Shown here: piece after piece, positions 47,587 to 58,136 of the stretch
How the letters are laid out: every line of letters begins with the position of its first letter
Position numbering within the stretch: position 1 is the stretch's first letter
Origin: Escherichia phage teqsoen
DNA length: 64,000 bases
Sequence record: MN895436.1
Reading direction: 5' to 3' (one strand)
Translations under genes and position numbers: made by a program
The notes under the pieces: model-generated
The model's database searches: none
Told to the model about the DNA's origin: nothing
What the model saw: only the letters and a program-made list of their open reading frames with translations

Positions 47587-47780
47587 ACTAATTCCTTTAA
47601 TCCGTAAATAGGAGATAATTCATCACCCATGCGAAGGTCTTCATTTCCATCTACCCAGGAAACAATATAAGCCTCTTTTATTTGAATACCACTCCATTTA
47701 AATGGAGGTAGAACCTTAGAAATTAATCCAGGTATACCAACTCCCTTTAATTCAACAGTTTGACCTAAAAAGAATTTCAT
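47583..47780 (-). CDS. Hypothetical small protein
   Basis: 65-aa ORF with ATGA coupling. Confidence 0.5.
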   Translation of the reverse strand: MKFFLGQTVELKGVGIPGLISKVLPPFKWSGIQIKEAYIVSWVDGNEDLRMGDELSPIYGLKELV

Positions 47781-48067
47781 TAGAATCTCATCTGAAAACC
47801 GTGCGATTTAACATTACCGCCACCAATATCAGAGATATTAATTTCGCGCGCAATTGAAGGGTCAATGTCAATTTCACGATTGAGTTTAGTGATAGCTAAA
47901 GTATCGCGCCCATTTACAGTACGAAACTCTAAAGGACAAACCACATCAACGTAATTTTTAATCGATTCACTGGTAGGTTGCAAATGAGCAGGAAGGTCTT
48001 TAGGCGCCTTAGAGAAAACCACTTCACAAAAATTTTTGCGGGTATCAAAATAAGTAGTCATAAACAT
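47780..48067 (-). CDS. Hypothetical protein (T4 30.6-like)
   Basis: The track extends to 48124 through a hairpin; an ATG at 48065..48067 preceded by GAGGAAAA gives ~95 aa and is the more plausible start. Confidence 0.5.
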   Translation of the reverse strand: MFMTTYFDTRKNFCEVVFSKAPKDLPAHLQPTSESIKNYVDVVCPLEFRTVNGRDTLAITKLNREIDIDPSIAREINISDIGGGNVKSHGFQMRF

Positions 48068-48084
48068 AATATTTTCCTCAGTAA

Positions 48085-48098
48085 GGGGCCGAAGCCCC
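48085..48098 (-). other. GC-rich stem-loop (UUCG tetraloop in the transcript) upstream of the 30.6-like RBS
   Basis: GGGGCC-GAAG-CCCC on +, i.e. GGGGC-UUCG-GCCCC in the minus-strand mRNA, between two early ORFs. Confidence 0.45.
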
Positions 48099-48107
48099 CA
48101 TTTTATT

Positions 48108-48485
48108 TTAAATATCAAATTCATTAAGAACTACATCAAAGATTGCTTCAAGATGCTCAGGTTTAGCTCTGTTACTCAGAATATGACGAATCCAAGTTTT
48201 AACCAAAAGCTTGCGATTAACGCCATTCCAGCAAGGATGAGTCCCTAAATCGCGTTGACGGAAATCATCATCCAGGGCGATTTTAAAGTTGGAACCTTCC
48301 GTCTTGATTGAAACCGTGATACCGTTTTCAAATCGCATATAAACGTAGTTAGGAGTCATATACTGTTCAATTTCGCATACTGATCCATTTTGATGTTTCC
48401 AAAGGCAAATAGTATCAATAGAACCTGCAATACCATTAGAAACATATTTACGTTCAAAGTTGATGTAGTTCATTTTATTCTCCAA
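48108..48485 (-). CDS. Hypothetical protein (T4 30.7-like)
   Basis: 125-aa ORF; the start may be the internal Met (MNYINF...). Confidence 0.55.
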   Translation of the reverse strand: MENKMNYINFERKYVSNGIAGSIDTICLWKHQNGSVCEIEQYMTPNYVYMRFENGITVSIKTEGSNFKIALDDDFRQRDLGTHPCWNGVNRKLLVKTWIRHILSNRAKPEHLEAIFDVVLNEFDI

Positions 48486-48540
48486 GATGTTTAATTGCGG
48501 TACAGGTATATAATATCATGTCCTGTACCAAAGTAAACAA

Positions 48541-48777
48541 TTATTTTACTACTTTCCAATGCTGCCTGTCAAGTTTACCAACTTTTTTCATCTTCTCAAT
48601 TAAGCGTTCTGCACGTTGGCGAGCTGTAACATAATGCCATTCGCCTAATTCATTTTGTTCAATTTTTCCAACGATTATTGTATTCAATTCATAAATCCAA
48701 CCAGTAAAGAAATTATGAACTTGAATTGTAAAGGTGAAATCTGTTCCCATACCTTCTGTTGTTTCTACTTCATTCAA
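48541..48777 (-). CDS. Hypothetical protein (T4 30.8-like)
   Basis: 78-aa ORF; the annotated start is TTG, so the start is uncertain. Confidence 0.45.
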   Translation of the reverse strand: MNEVETTEGMGTDFTFTIQVHNFFTGWIYELNTIIVGKIEQNELGEWHYVTARQRAERLIEKMKKVGKLDRQHWKVVK

Positions 48778-48937
48778 CTGCCATTAAGAACCACATAGTT
48801 TCATTATATTTACCATTGAAGCATTTAGTTTTAACTGTAGCGTTCAGATTAATCGTTTTCATTTTATTCTCCTTTGTTTGTGTAAGATAATACTATCACA
48901 AAGGAACCATACTGTAAACAACTTTATGCAATCTTTG

Positions 48938-48966
48938 GAAAATAAAAAAGGACTCCCGAAGGAGTC
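48938..48966 (-). terminator. Intrinsic terminator (minus strand) after the small basic ORF
   Basis: On the - strand: GGACUCC-UUCG-GGAGUCC hairpin followed by TTTTTTATTTT. Confidence 0.65.
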
Positions 48967-48972
48967 CTCAAC

Positions 48973-49149
48973 TTATGCTTTCTGCTTACCAAAACGAGAA
49001 GCATCATCTCGAAGAACCGCACGTGCTCGGCGCATGATCTTCTCAACAGTTTGATTGATACGAGAGTTCGACCCACGCTTGTAACCAGCGCGTTTAGAAT
49101 CACCAACTTTCTTTTCAACTGCTTTCTTTGCTTTAGCTTGTTTTGCCAT
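48973..49149 (-). CDS. Small highly basic protein (T4 30.9-like)
   Basis: ATG at 49147..49149 gives 58 aa (MAKQAKAKKAVEKK...), Lys/Arg-rich; the track ORF is extended to an upstream alternative start. Confidence 0.5.
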   Translation of the reverse strand: MAKQAKAKKAVEKKVGDSKRAGYKRGSNSRINQTVEKIMRRARAVLRDDASRFGKQKA

Positions 49150-49181
49150 TATAAATTCTCTTTTAAATGAAAATGCAGGAC

Positions 49182-49370
49182 TTATTGGCATTGCCTGCGC
49201 AAGCCCTCAAGGGGGTACTTAGGTTTTGAATATTTACCGACAGGATAACCATAAACCTCGTCATCATACCACCAAGACTTACACAGATAACACTTTTCTG
49301 ACGCATGATAGTAACATTCAAGAGGTACACCGTAAAACTGCCGGGGTCTTAAAACTATAATGATTCGCAA
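49182..49370 (-). CDS. Hypothetical small Cys/Tyr-rich protein
   Basis: 62-aa ORF; no recognisable motif. Confidence 0.4.
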   Translation of the reverse strand: MRIIIVLRPRQFYGVPLECYYHASEKCYLCKSWWYDDEVYGYPVGKYSKPKYPLEGLRRQCQ

Positions 49371-49437
49371 ATCATTAATCAGACAGTTCGACGGCTCCTC
49401 GATTTAGCTCACACTAAGGCAGTGAATCTCCAATAAA

Positions 49438-49686
49438 TTACTTCAATGTTACCACAAAGTGACGAACTGCTTTTCGTGCAGCAGAAGCCAGAGGCTTAGC
49501 ATATTTAAGTTCATCTTTTTCCTGAAGCTCAGCAGCTAATGCAGTTTGAGCAGGATTCAGATGTTTGAAATAACGCAGGATTTCAAGAGCTTCGGCTTCA
49601 ACATCAATAGATGCGCCATAGTTTTCGTGACCATTATTCCATGCGTTTCGTTGCAGTTCAAGAGCGTGTTGTAATTGTTTAATCAT
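49438..49686 (-). CDS. rIII: rIII lysis inhibition accessory protein
   Basis: 82-aa ORF (T4 rIII length) immediately downstream of gene 31. Confidence 0.8.
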   Translation of the reverse strand: MIKQLQHALELQRNAWNNGHENYGASIDVEAEALEILRYFKHLNPAQTALAAELQEKDELKYAKPLASAARKAVRHFVVTLK

Positions 49687-49833
49687 TTAAAAATTCTCGT
49701 TAGAGATTAAAACTCGGTAGTCACGTTCTTCTGAATTTCATCTTCTTTCGACAGATCTCTCAGTTGTAGACTACCACATAGAATTGTTCGGTTAACTTAT
49801 TATTCCGACACCCAATTCATATTATTATTTATA

Positions 49834-50169
49834 TCACTTATAAAGACACGGAATAGCTTTATAGTGACAGGTAACGAATTTTTGTTTAATTTCTTTTGGC
49901 TGCTTAAGACCCAGAGCTACAAAAGGATGCGGAACGTTTCGAATTTGACCAACTGGAAGAGAAGTCAAATCACCAACTTCGCAGAAACCTTCAGGAACAT
50001 CAGGACCAACAGAGTGAACTACACACAGTTCAGGAACTTCACCTTGAACACGTTTACCGATAATAAGTCCTGATTCTGTAACTTCTTCATCACCAGCCTG
50101 TGCAGGTTCAGAAACTAAAATAACATATTCACCGACAGCACGAATTGGTAGCTGTTGTACTTCAGACAT
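49834..50169 (-). CDS. 31: gp31 co-chaperonin (GroES analogue for capsid folding)
   Basis: 111-aa ORF beginning [29 protein letters not shown], matching T4 gp31. Confidence 0.9.
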
Positions 50170-50225
50170 CGTTTTTCCTTTTTGTTAACAGATGAATTAA
50201 TAATAACAAATAATTCTTAAAGCAT

Positions 50226-50534
50226 TTATTTACCAATAAATTGAAGCAAATGCTCAACTTTCATACCATTAACAGAAATCAATTTGTCAATAGAAAAACC
50301 TCGCCACTCGCCAAGCTCAACATCAAATACTGGAATCATGTCAGTAGATTCTTTCCGAGCAGATTCAGTCAATTTACCAGTTTGCATGGTTGGCATAAAG
50401 TCAGCATCGCGAGTACCTTTCATAGTACGAATAGTACCATCAGACTTTTCAAAAACTACGTTTGAAATACCCATGGACAATTTAGTTTTCAAAATTTCAC
50501 GAATTGCCACTTTCTGTTCAGTTGTCAGTTTCAT
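50226..50534 (-). CDS. Hypothetical protein (T4 31.1-like)
   Basis: 102-aa ORF. Confidence 0.6.
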   Translation of the reverse strand: MKLTTEQKVAIREILKTKLSMGISNVVFEKSDGTIRTMKGTRDADFMPTMQTGKLTESARKESTDMIPVFDVELGEWRGFSIDKLISVNGMKVEHLLQFIGK

Positions 50535-50771
50535 TTATTTACCTATTACAGTTTTAATATGAGTTGTTCCACGTTCTTTAAGGGTGGAAAGTAATTTTTG
50601 GCATTTTTCTAAATCAGATTTCCAACTATATGGTCTATCAATACTAGTCCAATCAGTTTTATAATACTGTTTCCATTTAGAGAAAAAATATTTCTTATAC
50701 TCTACAGCAAACGAGATGTTCTCGTTAGAATAAGAACTAATTGCTGTAAGCTTTACCAAACGAAATTTCAT
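50535..50771 (-). CDS. Hypothetical protein (T4 31.2-like)
   Basis: 78-aa ORF coupled to cd. Confidence 0.55.
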   Translation of the reverse strand: MKFRLVKLTAISSYSNENISFAVEYKKYFFSKWKQYYKTDWTSIDRPYSWKSDLEKCQKLLSTLKERGTTHIKTVIGK

Positions 50772-51352
50772 TATTCACCACAGAATTCGTTGATATTTTC
50801 CCAGTTTAACTTATTCAAGTTTTTCTTAGGAACATTAAACACTTCAATACCTGCATTTCGCAGAATATCATCCCAACCAGGTTTATTTTTATCGTATGTT
50901 TCGCAATAAACCAGCTTTTTAATACCAGATTGAGCTATCGCTTTTGCACAATCTGGACAAGGAGAAAGTGTTACATACATAGTAGCACCTTCAATAGAAG
51001 AACCATTTCGTGCAGCAAACAAAATTGCATTTAGTTCAGCATGAATTTCATTTTTAGACGACCATTCAGAGTGAGCGCTCCGGTGTTCTTTTGCCAAGAC
51101 AAAACGATCAGTTGAACCAAATGATACACATTCGGGCTTATGACCTTGGATGATAGTATGTTTAGGTTTATTCAGCAACCAACCTTGCTCGGCGGCATAA
51201 TCACAACAGTTCACACCACCAGCAGGTGAACCATTATATCCGGTAGAAATAATACGTCCATTCTTTTCAATTACTGCTCCTACCTTCCAGGAGCAACATT
51301 TTGATTCTTGTGATACTAAATATGCAATTTGAAGTACTGTACTCGCTTTCAT
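50771..51352 (-). CDS. cd: dCMP deaminase
   Basis: 193-aa ORF with the zinc-binding deaminase motifs HAELNA and SPCPDCA. Confidence 0.9.
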   Translation of the reverse strand: MKASTVLQIAYLVSQESKCCSWKVGAVIEKNGRIISTGYNGSPAGGVNCCDYAAEQGWLLNKPKHTIIQGHKPECVSFGSTDRFVLAKEHRSAHSEWSSKNEIHAELNAILFAARNGSSIEGATMYVTLSPCPDCAKAIAQSGIKKLVYCETYDKNKPGWDDILRNAGIEVFNVPKKNLNKLNWENINEFCGE

Positions 51353-51687
51353 TTCATAATCACCAAATAAGCAGATTTAGCAGTTTCAACACGATAAATT
51401 TCGTGACGAAGTTTAGTTATACTTTTAATAACAGAACTAATTATATTCTGCCCATCTTTAAAGCGGTTTTTCTTATCAATAAAAATTGCGCCAACCATCT
51501 TTTTGTGAAGCTCAACTGGATACTTCGTCACAATAATAGCATCATATACGGAAGGATGAATACTATTCACCAGAGTGTCATTCATTAAAGTTATTCTAAT
51601 GAACTGAGCTGTTTCAGAGTCAAGCGCTCTATGATCGCCAGTATCATTTTCAAGACAATTATCAATTATATCAGTTAAATTCATCAT
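51349..51687 (-). CDS. Hypothetical protein (cd.1-like)
   Basis: 112-aa ORF with ATGA coupling. Confidence 0.55.
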   Translation of the reverse strand: MMNLTDIIDNCLENDTGDHRALDSETAQFIRITLMNDTLVNSIHPSVYDAIIVTKYPVELHKKMVGAIFIDKKNRFKDGQNIISSVIKSITKLRHEIYRVETAKSAYLVIMK

Positions 51688-52019
51688 AGTACGCCATACA
51701 CCCTTTGTGCTTCAACTAATCCATCAAAATCCAATTTGAGATGTGTTATTTGATCACCATCACCTGGATTCACAATTACTAATACTGAACGAGGAGTTTC
51801 GGTAATAACACGAACTGATGTTTCAGGAAATCGTTCAGAAACCTTATTTACCAATTCCTGTGCAAATAGCTTAACTTTTTCTTGGAATTCTTTAACAGTA
51901 ATTGGTTTTTCACTTAGCAGCATTTTGTTTTCCTCATTTGTTTGGTAGAGCCATAATATCACAACTCTACCGTAAAGTAAACTATTAAATCGCTTTGAAT
52001 TCCGCAGTTTGAGATTCAA
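51684..52019 (-). CDS. Hypothetical protein (cd.2-like)
   Basis: 111-aa ORF. Confidence 0.55.
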   Translation of the reverse strand: MNLKLRNSKRFNSLLYGRVVILWLYQTNEENKMLLSEKPITVKEFQEKVKLFAQELVNKVSERFPETSVRVITETPRSVLVIVNPGDGDQITHLKLDFDGLVEAQRVYGVL

Positions 52020-52260
52020 AGCGAATGTCGCCTTTGATAACTAACTCAGCATCAAGACCGAATACGACAATGATATGCGCGGAACCTGGATACAGCGTAA
52101 TGGCAACAGAATCCACCTGGTCTGGAAGCAAAGTGTTTAATACATGAGTCACTTGAGCATGGATTCGAAGTTCGGCTGCGTTATCAAGCTTTTCAAACAT
52201 ATTATTAGCGATAATTTGGCTAAACACTACTTCTACGATTTTAGAGTAAGTCGGAAACAT
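51985..52260 (-). CDS. Hypothetical protein (cd.3-like)
   Basis: 91-aa ORF. Confidence 0.5.
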   Translation of the reverse strand: MFPTYSKIVEVVFSQIIANNMFEKLDNAAELRIHAQVTHVLNTLLPDQVDSVAITLYPGSAHIIVVFGLDAELVIKGDIRFESQTAEFKAI

Positions 52261-52262
52261 AT

Positions 52263-52463
52263 TTACCTCGCATAATTTTCTTCAAGCCAATCAATAACAT
52301 CTAACACATTATCAAAAGTTGAACCATCTACTCTGTCTTCTGTTTCATAATCAAGAACATCTAAGCCTACTCTTCCATCAACAATAGGCCATAAACAAAA
52401 TAGATATTTCTTTTCTTTTTCAATTTTATCACAAAGACGATAAATCTTTTCTATGTTATTCAT
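52263..52463 (-). CDS. Hypothetical protein (cd.4-like)
   Basis: 66-aa ORF. Confidence 0.5.
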   Translation of the reverse strand: MNNIEKIYRLCDKIEKEKKYLFCLWPIVDGRVGLDVLDYETEDRVDGSTFDNVLDVIDWLEENYAR

Positions 52464-52652
52464 AAGTTTTCCATGGTAAAGGCAGTTTAGTTTTCTTTAC
52501 TGTTAGTTCAACATCAGGATTCTTTTCTCTTAATTTAAGGCATTCCTCCCAAGCTCTGATTTCACTAGTGAATACACAAAATTGCCCATTACTAGTACCG
52601 ACTAAACCACTATTTACAATAATAATAGCCCAAGTTTCATGGTGCAAAGCCA

Positions 52653-52653
<1 letters not shown>
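52456..52653 (-). CDS. Hypothetical protein (cd.5-like)
   Basis: 65-aa ORF. Confidence 0.5.
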
Positions 52654-53856
<1,203 letters not shown>

Positions 53857-53860
<4 letters not shown>

Positions 53861-54087
53861 TTATTTTTCTCAACCAATGATTGAATATAATCATGCAGGT
53901 CTTTAGATGCTTTACCCCACTTATTTTGGTATTCATTTTTAAGATTAGCACGTGATTGAGCTAATAAAACATCATTAGTTGGAGGTAAAGATTCTAATCG
54001 TTGAATCTGACGTCCATAAATCATTGCTGCCATCTCTGATTCATAAATCAATCCTTTGAGATGTTCAAATTGATGCCATGAAATCAT
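53857..54087 (-). CDS. Hypothetical protein
   Basis: 76-aa ORF. Confidence 0.5.
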
Positions 54088-54383
54088 TTACATTTATCCT
54101 CTTTTAACTCTTGACGATAATAACATATCATAGTTTTCTGGTCATGTACATATCGTTTTACATCATTAAGCCAAATACGAAATTCCTGAGAATCTTCAAA
54201 TGGCATACCGACCCAAGCTTTACCATCGATAACTTTAACTTGCCAAGATAGTTTAGCTTCGTCATATGACTTTATTTGCACAGGCCAATTGGGATGAACT
54301 GTTTCTTTCTTTACTTCTAGAGGCTTTGTAGAACAACCAACTAGAAGACCAATAGATAATATTACTGCTGATAGTTTAATCAT
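54084..54383 (-). CDS. Probable o-spanin (outer-membrane lipoprotein, Rz1 equivalent)
   Basis: 99-aa ORF with a lipoprotein signal (MIKLSAVILSIGLLVG-C, lipobox LVGC), immediately downstream of an i-spanin-like gene. Confidence 0.6.
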   Translation of the reverse strand: MIKLSAVILSIGLLVGCSTKPLEVKKETVHPNWPVQIKSYDEAKLSWQVKVIDGKAWVGMPFEDSQEFRIWLNDVKRYVHDQKTMICYYRQELKEDKCK

Positions 54384-54733
54384 TTAGAAAGGTCCTGGAT
54401 GTCTTCTGCGAACTTGTTGAAGGAGTTGTTGATTTGTTTTTCAACCAATCCTGGCTTATGAGCCACCACATCCGCCTTCTTTGCGTCTTTGCGCAGCTTT
54501 TCATTTTCACGCTCAATAGCAGCAATTGCCTCACGATTTTTATTATTCATCGCATCAATATAATTATACTGAATTCGCAAATTATTTAATGCTAAAGCGT
54601 TTTCATTGGCCGTTTTTGTAATTTCTACAACAGACGTTTCTAATCTTTCAATTTTATTTTTTAAAATTAAAGAAGTTCCGCCCAATGCAATTACAATTAA
54701 TAACAAGCCTGCTGTCGTATTACTTAATTGCAT
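54380..54733 (-). CDS. Probable i-spanin (inner-membrane Rz equivalent)
   Basis: 117-aa ORF with an N-terminal transmembrane segment (LLLIVIALGGTSLIL) followed by a charged, coiled-coil-like periplasmic domain; ATGA coupling to the lipoprotein gene. Confidence 0.6.
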   Translation of the reverse strand: MQLSNTTAGLLLIVIALGGTSLILKNKIERLETSVVEITKTANENALALNNLRIQYNYIDAMNNKNREAIAAIERENEKLRKDAKKADVVAHKPGLVEKQINNSFNKFAEDIQDLSK

Positions 54734-55230
54734 AAAGTTTTAATAACCTCTATAATATCGTCTTGAGAAAGACCGTTAATTAAAATATGATGTTCAGCCG
54801 GAGATTTAGAAATTTTAAAGCATGCCTCAACATCTTCTGCCATATCCGATGCACTACGATTTGGATTACTAATTCCAAGACGATGCTTTCCAGTCAAAGG
54901 ATTAACGATGATATAGCATTTGCAGCTATTGATATGAACATTAGGCTGAGTCTGATTAATGAATACTTCGCACTCATACTTAGCGAGTTGATTTTCTAAA
55001 AAGACTTTCATCTCCTCAACCGCATCAGGAAGCATATCACGGGCTTGCTCAAGACGACGATTTCGATATTCTTTAATGGTCGTTTTCCGCTTGACTTGCT
55101 TAGCTAAATCTTTCTTAAGATCGGTGATATATCCAACTCGACGATTTCCTTTGAATACAGAAATCCCATCTGTAGTATCACCGTATGCTTCAACGACCAT
55201 TTCAGTAGTAATAAGTTGTAAATCCATCAT
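54724..55230 (-). CDS. alc: Alc, host transcription terminator acting on cytosine-containing DNA
   Basis: ~167-aa ORF (start at the first or second Met) in the T4 alc position between pseT and rnlA. Confidence 0.75.
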   Translation of the reverse strand: MMDLQLITTEMVVEAYGDTTDGISVFKGNRRVGYITDLKKDLAKQVKRKTTIKEYRNRRLEQARDMLPDAVEEMKVFLENQLAKYECEVFINQTQPNVHINSCKCYIIVNPLTGKHRLGISNPNRSASDMAEDVEACFKISKSPAEHHILINGLSQDDIIEVIKTLCN

Positions 55231-55291
55231 AAAGTCCTCATGTTATGTCAGTAAGATTACTATAACACAACATGAGGGACTTGTAAACAGC

Positions 55292-56879
<1,588 letters not shown>

Positions 56880-56887
56880 AATAAAAT

Positions 56888-56901
56888 GGGCCTTGCGGCC
56901 C
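56888..56901 (-). other. GC-rich tetraloop hairpin between the denA Shine-Dalgarno and start codon
   Basis: mRNA sense: AAGGAG-U-GGGCC-GCAA-GGCCC-AUUUUAUU-AUG; 14-nt hairpin with a GNRA loop. Confidence 0.5.
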
Positions 56902-56906
56902 ACTCC

Positions 56907-58085
56907 TTAAAAATATTTTTTAAAACTCATCATAACTTTATCATCAACATCATTATCAATCTGTGCAACAAGATAAGATGACAGTTCTACTTCTTGTGGC
57001 GCGGATTGAACATTATCAGAATTAAGATATTCACGAATCCAAGGATATGGGTGTTTAACCGGAGCATCGGTAATTGGGCATGGAAGACCACACTGTTTCA
57101 TACGAGATACAGTTAAGTAATCAATAAAGCTCCACATGCTATTTGTATTTAATCCAGGAACATCGCCATCTTTAAATAAATGAACTGCCCAATCTTTTTC
57201 TTGGCGGTTAACTTCCATGAAAATATCAACTGCTTCTTGTTCACACTCTTGAGCAATTTTAACCCATTCATCGCCATCAGTGCCAAGTTGAAGTTGACGA
57301 ATAATATATTGGGTGCCTTTAAGGTGAAGCTGCTCATCACGTGCAATGAACTTCATAATCTTGGCATTACCTTCCATGATTTCCATGTTCTTATGGAAGT
57401 TAAAGGTACACGCGAAAGATACATAAAAACGAATAGCTTCTAAGGCATTAATAACGTGCAAACAGAGGTAAAGAGATTTCATTAGCTCACGCTTCCAATA
57501 TGTCTCATGCTCAATAGCATCTTCAATAACGTCTTCGTCTGCATTAATTTCTTTTTGGTATTCGATATCAGCTTTAGCGTTTTCCCAATAACGAGTTTTA
57601 ATCAGAACATCATCATAATAACGTCCAATGGATTCAGCACGTTTCATAATAGCTTCATCTAATACAATTTCATCAAATACCTTCGATGGATCAGTATAAA
57701 GATTTCGCATGATATGTGTATATGAACGACTGTGAATAGTTTCACTAAAAGTCCATGTAGCAACCCATGTATCAAGACTTGGGTCTGAAATTAACGACAT
57801 AAGTACAGCAGACGGTGCACGACCCTGAATGCTATCTAGAAGTGATTGATACTTCAGGTTATTAGTAAAAATATCTTGCTGATATTGAGGAAGCTTGTTA
57901 AATTGCGCAGCATCCATCATTAAGTTTACTTCTTCAGGACGCCAGAAAAATGATAATTGCTTTTCGGTCAAATCTTCAAAAACTTTATGGCGTTGAATAT
58001 CATAACGCGCAATACCAAGACCTGAACCAAAAAACATAGGTTCTTTTAAAACATCAACTGGATTTGTATTAAAAACTGTGCTCAT
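56907..58085 (-). CDS. nrdB: Ribonucleotide reductase small subunit (class Ia beta), uninterrupted
   Basis: 392-aa continuous ORF with diiron-site motifs; no intron interrupts the reading frame. Confidence 0.92.
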   Translation of the reverse strand: MSTVFNTNPVDVLKEPMFFGSGLGIARYDIQRHKVFEDLTEKQLSFFWRPEEVNLMMDAAQFNKLPQYQQDIFTNNLKYQSLLDSIQGRAPSAVLMSLISDPSLDTWVATWTFSETIHSRSYTHIMRNLYTDPSKVFDEIVLDEAIMKRAESIGRYYDDVLIKTRYWENAKADIEYQKEINADEDVIEDAIEHETYWKRELMKSLYLCLHVINALEAIRFYVSFACTFNFHKNMEIMEGNAKIMKFIARDEQLHLKGTQYIIRQLQLGTDGDEWVKIAQECEQEAVDIFMEVNRQEKDWAVHLFKDGDVPGLNTNSMWSFIDYLTVSRMKQCGLPCPITDAPVKHPYPWIREYLNSDNVQSAPQEVELSSYLVAQIDNDVDDKVMMSFKKYF

Positions 58086-58136
58086 AAATTTTCCGCTTAG
58101 TTAATAGTTGGTGACTCGTCCGTGAGTCAAATTATA

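Noticed and set aside
48770-48862. Possible 30-aa minus-strand micro-ORF with GGAG RBS upstream of the 30.8-like gene.
   Set aside because: Too short to call; it may instead reflect uncertainty in the true start of the neighbouring ORF.
48924-49118. Minus-strand 64-aa ORF overlapping the small basic 30.9-like gene in another frame.
   Set aside because: No RBS; the overlapping frame has an ATG with upstream signal and a Lys/Arg-rich product typical of small phage proteins.
49826-49833. TATTTATA on the + strand (a minus-strand TATAAATA) just downstream of gene 31.
   Set aside because: It lies about 140 bp upstream of rIII, further than the other late promoters from their genes; it could be a chance match in AT-rich DNA.
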